Source: Zygnema circumcarinatum SAG 698-1b | Taxonomy: Eukaryota > Plantae > Zygnematophyceae | NCBI GenBank assembly: GCA_037447605.1 | Contig: CM074804.1 | Location: 4,131,909-4,195,908, forward strand | Reading direction: 5' to 3' | DNA length: 64,000 bases | Notes under the pieces: generated by a model | What the model saw: the letters and a program-made list of their open reading frames with translations, nothing else | What the model was told of the DNA's origin: nothing | The model's database searches: none | Shown here: positions 11,424 to 25,326 of the stretch, piece by piece | Numbering within the stretch: position 1 is the stretch's first letter | Layout of the letters: the number at the start of each line of letters is the position of its first letter | Position numbers and translations under genes: made by a program

Positions 11424-13396
11424 TCAAGCGATGCTCGCCTGCAGCGCGAACGAGTGCGCGAGCTCCTCGTTCTCCCCAAAATTGACCGCCTTCGCTTTCA
11501 CTTCGAGCGTCGTCCTCCCAAAAAACATTGCCACCTCAATCTTCCGCTCTTTCCCCTTTGAGGTGTCGGGAATCGGGAACTCGAAGGTGCTTTCCATGGC
11601 CACCTCCGCGTCCGTCACATATCTGGGACACGCCGCGTCCGTGCTGTACACGCCGACGAGCAAGCACGTCTGAGCCGCGGAGGTCGGAGTGAAGGTCTTC
11701 GTAACGGGGACGTCAATCCCCACTTCGTCGCCGTTCACAACGAATGCTTCAAACACGTCCTTGCAGAACCACGCCCCGTCATCATTCTGAAACACAAGCT
11801 CCGGAGGGTCGCGAGGGTCTCCCACAGAGTATGCTCGGGTCACGCTAACGCCATATGTTTTTCGAACGACCCGGGAAACCATGATCGCTGGATGAAGGCA
11901 CATTTGCACCGCGCCCATGCAAACCGCCATTTCAGGGTTTGGAGGAGCGACAATTAGAGGTACCTCCGCGCGAAAACGGTCACTGATTTTTTGGAGAAGG
12001 TATTTCGAATTTGAAAACCCTCCTACGCACACGATAGCTTTGCAATTCTGCATTTGCCCCAATTGTCTCTCTATAAGCTGCACGATGCTGCTCACACTGG
12101 GCTCAAAAAGGGATATCATAGTCTCGGGACTTAGCAGGATTGAGTCATGCTGCGCCTTATCGTATGCTCTCCACGCAGCTGCAAGGCGGGAGGGAAGCTC
12201 AAAGCGTGTGCCGACATCTTGGCCCCTTCTCAAGAAAAATGCCCCCAAAACACACCGTTACAACAAAGCATGTAAAGAGCATAAACACAATTAGAGCCTC
12301 ATTCCGTTTGCGTTTCAATCACTGATTCGAACATTTTACTCTTGCAAGAAAACAGCAGTTAAAAAAACAAATGATAAAAGCACAATGGCCCTTGCCTGAA
12401 TGAACATTTACAAGACTCCCAAGTCTTTTGAATCGCAATCAAGATTTCCGGATCAAGGTGTGTCGCTTCTTCGAAGCATCCAATCATGTTCTTGAGATAT
12501 TCTTCGAACTCTTTGTCAACGAACGTCGAACCACAAAGCGCACCGTCACTGCGACAAACTTCTTTCATTGTGCCAATTCTGCCTGGACTTAATTTTTGCA
12601 GACCAACAGTATCAACTGTTCCTCCACCACAATCAACAACAAGAAACTGATCTCCAACACGCAGATGATAGAGATCGGTGTATTGCTGAAAATACACAGA
12701 TGCAGCTTCTGGTTCCAAAATGATCTGAACAGGATGAGGACTGCCCCTTCCTGCAAACCCAGACCCTACCTTCTTAACAAGGCCTGCCTCTTCTGCAAGT
12801 TTTTTCATTTTCTGCTTTGCTTCCTCACTCCATATTGCAGGTACGGTCAACGCCCACTGAATATCATCCTCTGAAATGTTGCTTGGACACTCTCTCAAAA
12901 TATGCTTCAGAGCGAAGCCCGATATTTTGGCAAGGTAATCACGAATAGCGTCCTCAGCAGTGGGGCCAGGAGGCAAGTGAGGTAACAACCCTTCAGAACA
13001 TTCTCTCCCTGCAAGTCGCAGCTTAATTTTTTGGACCAGCACTCCAGCCGCCGCCTCCTCCGCCGCCTCTCTCTCGACTTCACCAAGCATGCGCGTCCTC
13101 ATCATCTGCCGTCGCACATTTTTTAGGGTTTGGGTGTATGTCCCCACTGCACGCCATCCCCATTCTTGAAGCTCATATTCGCCTCCGCTGCGGAGATACC
13201 ACAAACTCGATGATGTTGCAGAATATGGAAGGCCGCAAATCTCCTTTTGAGAAGGCCAGTCTTGCAAGACTTTGATCTTCTCTACTTTGTTTCCCCTGTA
13301 CGCATAAGCTACTGATGAAAATGTTGTTCCGAAATCGATTGCGATTGTGACACGTGGCTCCTTGAGAGATGGAGCCAGTGGGTAACTTCCACTCAT
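11424..13396 (-). CDS. Atypical Hsp70, HSPA12-like (~600 aa, 2 exons, GC-AG intron)
   Basis: Motifs IAIDFGTTFS, WALTVPAIWSEEAKQKM, LEPEAAS, VVDCGGGTVD, CGSTFVD, VGGFSNSKYL, RKTYG. Exons 13396-12396 (1001 nt) and 12225-11424 (802 nt) join in frame via AG|GCAAG...GAGAAG|. Confidence 0.85.
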
Positions 13397-14019
13397 TTCT
13401 GCGGAGGTAGAGTCAGCGGCTACTTGCAGGGGGCTGTATTGCAGATTCTTGAGATCTACTTGCCACAGTTCTTAGAGAAGAAAGTCTGTGCAGTTACCTA
13501 AAATATCGTTTGCAAACCGCTTACAATCCTTTGCAGCACCCCCCTTTCATTTCTACTGCTACTTTTACAGGCAGCATCGCTGAAATAGCATACGACGAGG
13601 GGTTGTGTGGATCCAGCGGAGGCGGAACTAGTGTTAAGAAGGGTGGCCGGGACTTTCCGAGGCGCAGAAGGTCTAGAGGACGCTTACATGCAGATGCTTT
13701 CCCTTCCTCTTTCCAATGCCCTGCTCTCACCCCGTGAGAATTGCCACGGCATCGGCATGCCACGAAGCACGGCGGGATGGGCCAGAGGACGACGTCTGTC
13801 TCGGAAGCTTGGAGAGCATGCGCGCAGCTGCAAGGGCCGCCGGCCCACACGTCTGCATGCAGAGGCTGGCGGCTGCGCGTCGTCATCTCGAGCACGAAAC
13901 GGTGTCCCGGCCGGCGGGTTCGCCGCCTTGGAACTTCCAATCCGCGCTGCAGAGCAGTGCTACAAGCTCGACGAGACCAGAGTTGGACACTCCCTGTACC
14001 GACATACGCTGGGGCTGTG

Positions 14020-14210
14020 GTAGCCAATCACTGAATTTCATGATTGCAACCATTGGCAATTGTTGGCTGGGTTCCGGCAATCAACGATTGTCGAAAGAAT
14101 TGGCAATGATTTTTGACTGGGCCTACGAGCCAATGGTTGTGGCCATCCCATTGTTTGATCCAACGATTCTCACTGCTGTACACGGAAAAGGCCCATTGTT
14201 GGTTCCTTGT
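14020..14210. repeat. Degenerate CAACCATTG/CAATGGTT motif array
   Basis: GCAACCATTGGCAATTG, CAACGATTG, CCAATGGTTG, CCATTG and CAACGATT are repeated in both orientations. The same motif forms the foldback at 57115-57474. Confidence 0.45.
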
Positions 14211-14535
14211 TTGGTAGTCCAGAGTCAGAGGGCTGACTGTTGCCCTTTACGACCTCTCTAAGGATGGGTGACTTGTACATTTCATTTTGCCAAATGCAAC
14301 TGCCGGCTGTTACAGCTTCTTCTATTAAGCTTGCAAATCCGAGCAAGCGCATGTAGGATCATAGAGGGAGAGGGGGCAAGCAAGAGAAAGACAAGACCAA
14401 ACAACAACAACATGCAACATGTAACATGCAACAGGCAACATGTGGTGTGACCGCACACAGTTTCGACCGATGCAAATTTAATTGCAAGTAAAATTAAACA
14501 ATGGATCAAAAATTTCTATTGTGCAAGCCACGAAC

Positions 14536-17500
14536 TTAATTTTGATTCCCCCGGTCGGAGGCAACGGGAGGGAGCCACAGCTTAACCTTCTTATCCGCGC
14601 TCCCTGTCGCCAAAATCATGCTGGGTCCTTTATCTGCAACCCGACCGCCAAGGTGATCCCTCTGTAACTTAATAAATGCCTGACGAGGAGATGGTTGAGT
14701 GCCGTAGACCTGGCAACCACTACTGCTCCATTTGCAACTTACATACAAGTACATGCACTTCAAAAGTACAAGCTAATGCATGCATTCCCCCCATCCCAAC
14801 TCCATAAGTAGTCCCAACCTCATATTTCCACCATCCCATCATCTACGATACGATCGCTATATTCAGCACGTATACCCGGGTATTGGTACTGAGGCGTGCT
14901 GTTTCTGAGTACGTTTAACGTGCAAGTGTGATGGCAGCATAGACTCATGCATGCATAGACTTCGGGCATATGCATTCTCACCTGTCATTAATGACTTTGG
15001 TGCCCATACCATTGACGTGATGACATCTGCAAAGCAGACTCAAACTTCAATAATGTAAATGGCAATTAACTCGACGGCTGTCTGTCTGCACCCTTTCTCT
15101 TGTAGGATATCTAAACCTAACAATAGAAACAACACAACGACTGCAATAAATACAAGGACTTCAAGAATACACAGCCTCCTCACTTACCGCCTTCCCCCTG
15201 AGCGGTGGACCTAGACTTACTAGCTCATCAACATAAATTGATTAAAATTCATTGCATTCAGCTTCACGAAATGAATGGATAATTGAGGAACCCTGTCTAA
15301 AATGGTTCCCATATTCAACGAAGGATTTGCCTAAGACCGAGAAACATGAAGGAAATGAAGGCAACAGTGTCCCACCGTCATGGGCTTTCTCAGCCGTGTC
15401 GAAGACCGCACCAGTTTCCAAACTCAGCCATTGGAGAGCAGAGCCAATTGAGGCAGCCAGGACGTTATTGTTCGGTGAAACAGCAATGCGGTCATAATGG
15501 GGGACTCGCTTGCCCCCTTTTGCAGAAACACTATTTGGAGGTTCAGGTATTGGGAAGGTTTTGAGACACTTGGGATCTTCATCCAAGTGGTATCGCACTG
15601 CAAGCAGAGTGAAACATTCAAGTAAGCTGAAGTTAAGTGTTGAACATGCACGATTGGGTTGTGAACAAAACCAACTGAATGTATGAAGCTTGCCAACGAC
15701 GTTTGAATACCTTGTACATCATTGCTTGAAAGTGATTATTACGCCCGTTTCAGATAGAGTTCAAAAAATAAAATGAAATGTGACATAAGTTTGCTTCACA
15801 GATACTTTAATGTCCACGATCATGTGCCGATCACTCTTGTTCTCTGCCATAGCTATTAACTTATTATATTCCATCAGTTCAAATAGAATGAGAAATAGCG
15901 GGGAAAAAAAAGGTTCGAGAACTGATGGCATACTCACCATTGATGTTCCACACTTTCATTGTACCCTCCTTGGATGCAGTAACCACGCGCTGACTATCCC
16001 ACGTAAAGCTCAGCCATGTCACTGCACTCTGGAGACCAAACAATCCACTTTGTTCAACATTTCAGTCATCATAAGAGTAAGCTCTGAAAGCATACTTAAG
16101 GAAACAAAAACCATTGACGATACTGCTTAGCTGCAACCGTCCATGAGACTAGATTAGCGATCAGCAAGGGACTCTCCCCCATTCACATCGTGCAATCATT
16201 TTAAAGTGAGTCGCCGGTCAAATGGGTAGACGGTGGCTCGTTATCATCCAAAAATATCGAACTATCCCAAAGAAAAAACGTCTTTACTCGAGCTCCCCAC
16301 AGCTAATGCTCATCATTTTAATGGACTGACCATTAACCTTTTTAGGACAGCCATGGCCTTCCAGACACAATTGTCACACGGGAAATACAGAGTGAGGAAG
16401 ATGTTACATGAGGATTGACATGGAAGCTGAAGCATCACAATCCTACCTTATGTCCCTTGAGTTGCATAGCTTTCACCACTTCCTTCACCGAGCCATCCTT
16501 TCCATAGACAATTTCCCATATCTGTCGGCCAAGACAGTGCAAGTTCAAGTGGTTTCAGAACTGGAGCAAAGTTGACATACTCCACACATAAAGCTCAAGA
16601 ACTCCAAACGAGTGGAATGCAGGAGCTTGGAAGTCCACAAGATGAAAAATCTTTGAGCGGAACAGTGAATTTTTTGCGCCTCACATCGACCATAACTCTC
16701 CATCTACCACACCTTAGGTTCGCCTAACAAAGCTTTGTCCCTTTGCTCCCTTTGTTGAAAAATTTGAGCTGTCACTAATCGCTCCAGCACGAACTCACCT
16801 TCACATCGGCGGTAAATGCTGCAATTGCCAAAAAGCGGCCATCTGGTGAAAATGCGGCCATGGTATTCTTCAACTGGTTGGAATCCACAGAGCCCACGCA
16901 CTTGCCGTCTTCCACAGTCCACAGCTTCACATCGGTCGCTGTAAACTCATCCAACAGCGAGCCCGATTCATTCAGTCAGCTGAGCAAACGAAGGTCAAAT
17001 TGTCACAGTGGGACTGTGGCGGTTCTGGGACCTCTTCAACACCTGAAATACCAATAATTCTCCCCCTTTTTCTCTGCTTATCTTTTCCATCCGCCTTCTC
17101 AAATATGGGGAAATCCTCCTTTTAAGGCCGTTATGACGACGCTCGACCATTTATAGAATTCAAGTGCCAACACTCACTACCTTCAGAGCATGTCGCTAGA
17201 AGTATTCCTCCGTCTGCTGAGCCGTAACTGGCTGTAACCCCCGTGAGAGTAAGAATGGCATTGCCATTGTGGATCTTTTTCTTCTCCCACTTTATCTCCG
17301 GGGGAGGTAATTTTCCCTGCTCTCTCGCTTCAGCAGCTGCCTTTCCGCCTGACGCTGCAAACAAGCAAAGTCCTCCTCCCTGTGAATCCATCGTCGCCAC
17401 AGCCAGTTGAGAGGCACCTTCTCCAAAAGCGACACCTGTAGGCGAAATACCAGTGGGCATGTTGATTCGAAGAAATCTGTACGGAAAAACGTCGATAATA

Positions 17501-19405
17501 GTAACTTTATTCAGCAACAAATGTAATGTACGACAATGCAAAATGAAACTGTGAACGGACAACAATCAGACGAGCAGTTCAAATCCCCATTAGAGCCTAA
17601 CATGATGAAGTTGACTGAAACAACACCAGTCCTGGGATACTGTAGCTGTGGGTTGGAAGGCTTGATTAAGATACGCTTAAAAAAAAAAAAACGAAAAATG
17701 GCTGAGTCCCTTCCCTTTGTGAAGAGCCTATGAAATATCAGTACATTAAGATGCAAAGATCCAGTTCTATCTGGTAAGAGGACGAGCGCAAAGAATTGAA
17801 AAAGCTTTATATTCGAATGGCACATTTGGAAGCCCTCACTTGAAACTTTTGGAGGCCACGTCTTCAAGCTTGAACACACGCACTACCCCATCAGCACAAG
17901 CTGCTCCCCCAACCCGACATACAACTCTGCATTTTTGTCAGGAACTCAAACCCCGCCGAGTCCTAACCCAGCTTTCGCTGTCAGAACTTCCCTCCTCAGT
18001 CGACTCACCAACAAGGAGAAGAGCTACAAACTGGGAGGTAACCAGATCAAGTTCAAACTGCGCATATAGAACTTCAGGTTGAGCACACTCTTTTAAATCA
18101 TCGAACTTGATGCACAAAAAATGACCGACTAAAGATCAGACTCGGTACTCGAATTCACAACTTCCAGATCCCTTCGTCCAAGCTTTCAATCAAATCGAAA
18201 GACCAAAAAAATCTTCTATTTTAATCGTTGCAGAGGTAGCTCTAACTGACACAGACTAAATAGCAGGGGAGGTATGCACCAGTTGCAAGGCCGCGAGCAT
18301 CTGCTGTAAAAGCGATTCCACATACAGCGTCACCGTGGCCCTTCAAAGTGTTGAGGTCCAAGGAATGATGAACATGATGCGCTGCACTATGGCTACTCTG
18401 CAAAGTGCAGAAGCAGCAGGCTTACCAACCATTATTGATGCATTTTCGATGCATGAAGATAATCAAGCCTCACATTGGAAGCAGAACGCGAGAGCACACA
18501 CACAATTCAACCATATGAATTGATTGACAGAAGGAGATGTCTCCTTCATCTTGGAGGAATCCTGCTAAATTTCGCGGAGATTTCTGACGAGAAAATGAAC
18601 TTTCCGAAAGCATGGTTATGCTGTCTCTAGTTCCAGGCACTTAGAATAACGAGAAATAAATTCCAAATTTCAAATTTAAAAAGGTTGCAATTCTGTTCGG
18701 ATGGAAGTGAATTATTCGACAATACACTCAATTGATTAGGATGTTAGGATATTTTTCTGGCTCCTTCAATTCCTCACGTGAAAGGGAGAGGACCGTGCCA
18801 GCAAGTGGATTGCTTTGCCGGCAATTTATCAATAGAAGCAACTGTAAATTAAGCGATCACGCGTCCAAATAAAAACCTTCGTTGCGTATAACTTCTACAC
18901 AGAATGTCTACTACTAACTTATAGGACGTTTCTCTAAATAAATCTCCAGGTTCTCTCTTGTTGATGAGTTCGATCTCCTATACATCCCTGCATATACACT
19001 GTGCTTTCTAGAACAATGGACTGAGGCATTCAACGTAGGTCATTCCTTTCTCCAAGCATCTGAAGCAGCAGAATTTGCTAAGGATTGCTTCAAGTACACC
19101 TAATCCGAGTTATGTATTCTACAATTCATAGAAACTATTGAATGAGCAAACGCAGGGCCTATATCCCTCACCTTATCTCCTCCTCCTTTTCCCTTGGAGC
19201 TTGCACTGCCCTTCTTTCCAATTCCAGCTGCAGATTTTGCAGAACTCTCCACTGTATTTGAGCTGCTAATGGAGGGCGCACCGCCATCGCTTCCAGGATT
19301 ACCAGAAGAAAATAAAAATTGCAAAACTGCTCCAACAAATATTGTAAATATGATCCCAAATATGGCCACCTCACTCCATGCAAAGCCTCCGACGAGGTCA
19401 GCCAT
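14536..19405 (-). CDS. TBL2: Transducin beta-like protein 2 (TBL2)-like WD40 protein with N-terminal TM anchor (multi-exon)
   Basis: Exon 1 MADLVGGFAWSEVAIFGIIFTIFVGAVLQFLF (TM segment). Later exons include LDLNTLKGHGDAV, ACADGVVRVFKL, FLRINMP, FTADVK, QLKGHK, RYHLDEDPKCLK, DTAEKAHD, and the last exon MILATGSADKKVKLW...*. Confidence 0.88.
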
Positions 19406-19649
19406 GGATTCGCCTTCCGCTTTCTCCTCTCCAGATGACGAGCACTGACAAAATTCACGCCGAAGCGGTCCGCAGCACAATTTTCCAAGTGCGTCCTTTC
19501 AGGCGCAGCTAGATGCAGGCTCAATCCCTTCCCTGACGGCCTCCCTCCCTCCCTCCTTCCGGAGAGTGTGGGCGCTGGTGGGCCGCCAACTCGGTCTTGG
19601 AGGTGTTGTCCTTCTGAACTGCCAATTCAAATTGGAGGCACTGCGGTCC

Positions 19650-19815
19650 CTGCTTCTAGAGCCTCGTTGTTGGGCACAGAAGCAGATTCCAGCTCATAGC
19701 CATTTCCTTTTTTGTTCCAAGTCCTTTTCGGCCGGTTCCTCGTGGTTCCCCACATTGTTTTGTGCATATACATTTGATGCTATCGCCATCGCGAGATCAA
19801 CACCGACACTTCGTT
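19650..19815 (+). mobile_element. CRE-like retrotransposon 3' end relic, copy B
   Basis: CTGCTTCTAG (the element's CF* stop)...GGTTCCTCGTGGTTCCCC...CATTTGATGCTATCGCCATCGCGAGATCAA aligns by eye with the 3'UTR of copies A and D. Lies in the TBL2 upstream region. Confidence 0.65.
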
Positions 19816-20422
19816 TCTTGCCTTGGCTCATTTGACGTTGCATTTGTCGAATATTTTACAGTATTGTAAGTATTGTATGGAGCAACGATACAGCAAATAC
19901 ATTGGAGGAATTGTAGGATTGTTGAAGGAATAAAGCAGTTTCCATATTTTTGTATCTTGACAAAAAAACAAAACTGGCAGGACCTCATCTTTGATTGAAA
20001 TACTGCATTGTTTCTCCTTATTGACTTTTATTCGATTCTTTTGTCCCAAGAAATGTGCTCGTCCAAGTTTGTACTGGTCTGCATATTTTTCAACAGCGTG
20101 AAGTTGCGCATGCCAAGTGTGAACAATCCCAAGTCACAACACACAACGAACCCATCACTGTCTCTTGCTTGCCAAACTTCCTTCTTTGAAAAAGTTCCAA
20201 GGCGTAACGTGACGTAACGTGACATGACAACATGTCTGACACGGCAACGCATGTCAGTTTATTGACAGCTCTCAAATGTGCGACATCATATCATACCACA
20301 TGATGTCAAGGAGATGGGGGAGAGAGAAAACAGAAGTGGCTATAGACGAAGAAGGTAAAGTAAACTCCAAAAATAGGACGAGTACCGAGGAGAAAAATGG
20401 CAAGGTTACGCCCAGCCTTCTT

Positions 20423-23400
20423 TTAAGCTCGTTTCGTCTTGTCCATGATCTCAATGTGTCCTTTGGGAATGGCATATTGCTGCACAAGGTGTCGCCCCAA
20501 ATCCTCCAGCACTCCTCCCTGCACAAGTACTTCACTCTGCCCTTTCTTTCCTGCATGAAGGAAAAAGGAAACAGAAAGAAGTGTTAATCAGATATAGGTA
20601 TTGGAATGGAGGCTTTAAAGGAAGGATGTGGCATTGATCTCACGATGGCGATGCCATCAAATGTACATGGACAAAATCGTCATGGGGAACCACAAGGAAC
20701 TGGTCGCAAGGCAACAAAGGACATAAGGAAAAAGCGTGTTTGTTTAGGCGTTGAGATTCTGCCAATGTTCCAATACCTTTGCCTCTGTTGTTTCACATAT
20801 TCCGCCATGGAGTTTAGAAAGTGCTTACAAGCTCAAACACTCCGTATTTCCTCATTTGCCTGCCAGCTTTGCATAGTCCGTCAGCTGGATACTAATGGCT
20901 TATTCTGAGGCATCGAAAGGAAACCAACAACCTTACCTGGCACTTCCGCTAGTGATGTGCTGCATGCAAACTTCTTCTGCAGCTCCGCTGCCAGCGCTTC
21001 AGGGTCCACCAGGAACGATTCCACCCCAGTGACACGTGTCACCTTCTTGTTTCCCTGCCGCCGTTCCGTAATGATGTGCACGCTTTGCAGTGCTCCTTTC
21101 CGGACGACTGACTGACTGCCACGTGTCACTCTATGGTGAGCTTGCATTCTTCCGACAAAAGTAGGACCTAAGTCCTTCTTGTGTACCTCGTCAGGATAGC
21201 GTGTGCCCTTTTTAATAGCGCCTTTGAAAAGCGCATCACACAGGGTTGCATCCAAGACGACCATAGCCCGATTTTCTGTCTTGTCCAAGTTCAGCAGTTC
21301 CACATATCTGAAAGCAACCTCGGAAGCTTCTGCTGCTGAGTAATAACCCCCAGTGTCAGCACCGACAGCCTCAAAAATAGGGCTAACTTGATGTGTAACC
21401 TTGAAGACCTCAACTACCTCAACACATGCTTCCCCTTGGCTTGGTATTGGCGTGACCCCTTTGGCTGCTGGTGAAGCTGTAGGAACATCTGCAGACGGAG
21501 GGCTTTTCTCCGGAACAAATTTCAAGTATTCAGGATGTCTTCTGTTGATGCCGGTTATAAACATCTCTTTTCTGTGTTTATCCTCCTTCACGGTAACCTA
21601 ATACAGATCACATGTCAAGCAGGCAGTAAGAAAAATCTGTCCACTCCATTGAGCATTGTAGAGATAAGCTGAAAAGGCGTTGTGGATCAATCCTGTGTGG
21701 CCACAATTGAACAGTCAACTCGTATTCGGGTGTCCGAAGTACAAGCTCAAATGAAAGCGATACTAAATTGTCTGCAGAGTTTCAAAAACAGGAGAATGAG
21801 CGAGGAAAAATCGAGTGTTGGAGCTCACCAGACCCGAAGACGCTGTTGTTTGCAGCCACTTGCTGAGTTTTTTATGAGACGACTTCTTCATGTCTAGCGT
21901 GGTCCCAGGAGGCCGCTTTGGCAATATGTGGTTGGACCTGTGGAAAATTGGAGCAAAGAGATGGTGATGGTCAAGGAGGAAAAATGGGGTGTGGAAAGAG
22001 GGGTAGATTAGACGTACAAGGATAAATGGGAAGGCGATTGAATCTGACGCACAGAAATTCATTCATACAAACTCATTATTCGTATGGTTGACTTCCATTT
22101 TCAAGGCAGGCAACACGTGCTTCTCATTCCAAACCAACGTGGAGAGATCGCCTACCAAAGTGTACTGCCTGGAAGTGGCAGTTCTTTGTCCTTAACAGAC
22201 GCATGAAGAGCCTGCAGCAGACACTTATCCAACAGAGCATCCATGTCTTCCATTGTCAACGCATTCGATGCTGCATCTTCTTCTCCCTCACCATCCCCTG
22301 CCTCATTTAAATGGAGCTCTCGCATACCGTCGGTAACTGCACCTCCGTCTCCTCGTGCATCACCACTGGGCTGTGCCCCGTCTGTTGCAGTTGCTGCATT
22401 ATTTCCTCCTCTGGAAAATGAATCCTCCTCCTCTTGCTGCCCTTCCAAATCATGTGCCTCTCCTGCTGTCCCTTCGTGCATTTCCCTACTTGTTCCTTCA
22501 GCTAAGTCAGAAATATCAGTCGATGCACTTCCTTTAGCTGGATCCTCCACAACCACCCCATCCAAAAAACCAGCATTTGGCACATATTTTCCTTCCGCTG
22601 ACTCCCTGGCAAGCACATGCAAACAGAGTCATATGCTTAAGACTGTCAGGCTGTAACTATGAGAGCATCTTCTCAATATTGTCTGATAGACCTGTCCAAT
22701 TTGTTGCGTGAGGCATTCACTGGGGAGGGGGGGCACACAATGCAGGATCCCGAAACCAGAGCATGAGCCAAGAACGCAAGCCGGCCACTTGTGAAGGACC
22801 AAGCACTTTGGGGTCTGTCCATCTTCGGCCAGCTGCTTACCCAAAAAAATGTGCATGCAAGAAAGCGCCGCCTTTCTAGACTAAAGCCGAAGTTAACTTG
22901 CCATTGTGATGTTTCAAATGGTTAACCTCGCTTTTAACCCTTGGGATACATCAAGTCATCTTGCACTTGCAGTTCAGTTCAGGAAGGCCTGTTGACAACT
23001 TACCACAAGGTATCTTGATAGTAGTGCATCACACGAACAGCCTTCCCCTTCAGTCCAGCTCGCAGAGCCTGCTGGCTGCTGGTAGCGGTGCTGCCAATCT
23101 GCACCGATTGTTGCAGCATTGAGGGACGTGAGGCTCAAAGTAAGGAAATGACGACCTCTGCATGTAAGCAGTTGAAATTTATAATAGATGCTCTACGGTG
23201 CACGAATCAATGCCACCTTCTGAAAAATGGCAATGATTCGAAAAAGATAAAAACTCTGCTTCACAGGCATAGGACTTGGCTTAGTCGGCTGCACTCAACT
23301 TTGATTCAATCGCAAATTAATCGTGATTGCTCCATGTCAGCACCAAAAAGGCATTATCCTGCTCAATCATAGTTTTCTTCCTAGACCTTCGGCCACACAA

Positions 23401-24439
23401 ACAGAGAAGTGGAAGATACAGGGATAGGAAAGCCTGTACCTTGCAAGGCAAGGTTTGCCTAAAACTGGTTGCTAAATAGGTGACCAAGAACCTGGTTGGC
23501 CTCTGGCTAAATGGGAAGGTCCCCTTAGCTATTTGCTCGTCTCTCCTTCCCCGGAACTTACCGCGATTGGTGCATCATTCCCAGGAACTCGAATAGCCCA
23601 AAGTTCGCCCTCGTTAAATGCAGGAAGTCCTTCTGAGGGCACTTTGATTCCAGGAAGCATGAGATCCGCGCCTCCCAGCACGTAGCGGGACACTTCGCCC
23701 CCCTTGAGCTCAAATGCAGGCACCAAGTGAGGTACCTTCCACAGGGAGTAAACTGCGCACACATGGAATAAGCCACCCAGCAGACGCAGGCAGAGGTATG
23801 AGTTGCTGAGAATGGATAATGGTGCGGCATAATACTCTTGAGACATGAAGCTGCTGCAAAGAGGCTTGATTTTTAGCTCTCAAATTACCGCTTTATTGGG
23901 ATCCAGCATCAGAGATAAGTTATTCGACCAAGCAAAATCGTGTTTGAATTGAGAACTCACCGGTAGGAAAAATCTCGTGACCGCGGCCATTAATATCAAA
24001 GAGCATAGGAGGTCCTCCTTCAATGGCATACACCAGAGCACGGTTAACGAGCTTTGTTACTGTCATATCACCCTGCATTACAAGGACTTTCGCAGTAGTA
24101 AGCTAGTCTTTATAAAACATTATGCTGAATGCATCGCCACTTCTAAAATTTCGGTTAAAGCGACCTTAATGAAGGAGACACGTCTCATCGATTGAAATTG
24201 GTTTGGATGCAGTACTGACGCCTTCCTAGTTGGTGGATGGAAAATGTATGCCTCTAAGCCCCTTCTGTCCTCAAGTAATCCCTTCTTTCCTCTCTCGTGC
24301 TCACCTTAGGGGGTAGAATAGTGTCAATGTCTTCCTCAGAAGCTGATGCGAAAAGCTCTTTGACCGTGCGCCGCAACTTCTTTTTGTCAGCTCCTGAAAG
24401 GCGTTGCTGGCCACGCACTTCACTTGGCTTTTTAAACAT
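20423..24439 (-). CDS. EIF2D: Eukaryotic translation initiation factor 2D (ligatin): PUA + SWIB + SUI1 domains (multi-exon)
   Basis: Starts MFKKPSEVRGQQRLSGADKKKLRR. PUA region VYSLWKVP...VLGGADLMLPG; DMKKSSHKKLSKWLQ; SUI1 region ERRQGNKKVTRVTG...LQKKFACSTS; last exon KKGQSEVLVQG...IEIMDKTKRA* (stop 20423-20425). Confidence 0.92.
20622..20735 (-). mobile_element. CRE-like retrotransposon 3' end relic, copy C (in the last eIF2D intron)
   Basis: GGATGTGGCATTGATCTCACGATGGCGATGCCATCAAATGTACATGGACAAAATCG...GGGAACCACAAGGAACTGGTCGCAA is shared with copies A, D and E. Confidence 0.75.
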
Positions 24440-25326
24440 GGTGCTTGCTGAAGGACAAACCGGGCCGTGTCAACAATCCTCAATTCCCAGCTAAAACCTG
24501 AAACAAGCATATGAATGTTTAACACAGGGCCTCGAGAAAGCAACACGATGTCGAATGAGCGATGCGGCAGTTCTTGTGAATTTAGTTATTCAAGTTAGTT
24601 ATTTAGTTATTATTTATTTATGTTACTCTCGTAGAAGTTTTCATGGGTAAATCATTGCAGGAGACTGAATTTCCAGAAGTCAACCGATAGCGATGGTTTC
24701 TAATCCCGAAAGAAGACGTTACAGAAAGTAATACCCTAATCTTGTTATGAAGAAGTTCAAACGAAAACAGAGGTTGAACTACAAGCGAAGATGAAGTCTG
24801 CATAAAGAACATACCGTGCAGTAGGCAAAAAAGCAGAACGCCAAACGCGAAAGGACCACGAATTTCTGAGCGAAAGGCCGATGAAGTTTTCGATTTCCGC
24901 TAATAAGCTCGGTACAAGCTGGCTACTCTTTGCAGTTCCAGAATCACTCCAATCTTTGCTTTGGAGAAACACACATCAAAGCGGCTCCCAGCTTCCAGAA
25001 ACCACTTCCCACTTAAGATCAGATGATCAACATTTGGATATTCAAAAGCCAAGTGGATCCCTCGTGATCAATACATTTACCCAAATCCTCGTCCGGTTCA
25101 CTAGCCTGTACGGAGGAAGATCGAGGTCCAAATTGAACAGATTAGACGCAATTCCTGTTTCCACGCGATCAACAGTGCTGAACCCTCCTTATCCATGAAT
25201 AGTGGACTCGCTGGATGGAGCGAGTGGAATCTTACGACGATGGGCCCGCCTGGCCAGTGAAGTCATTCTGGAGAGGCGATCGCGGCAGGAGCAGCAGTAG
25301 CTGCCGAAGGTGTCTTGCAGGTCGCA

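Noticed and set aside
20622-20735. Dispersed GATGTGGCATTGATCTCACG repeat as a tRNA-derived SINE or structured ncRNA
   Set aside because: No convincing Pol III A/B boxes. Longer copies continue into RLE-coding sequence, so it is a retrotransposon 3'UTR.
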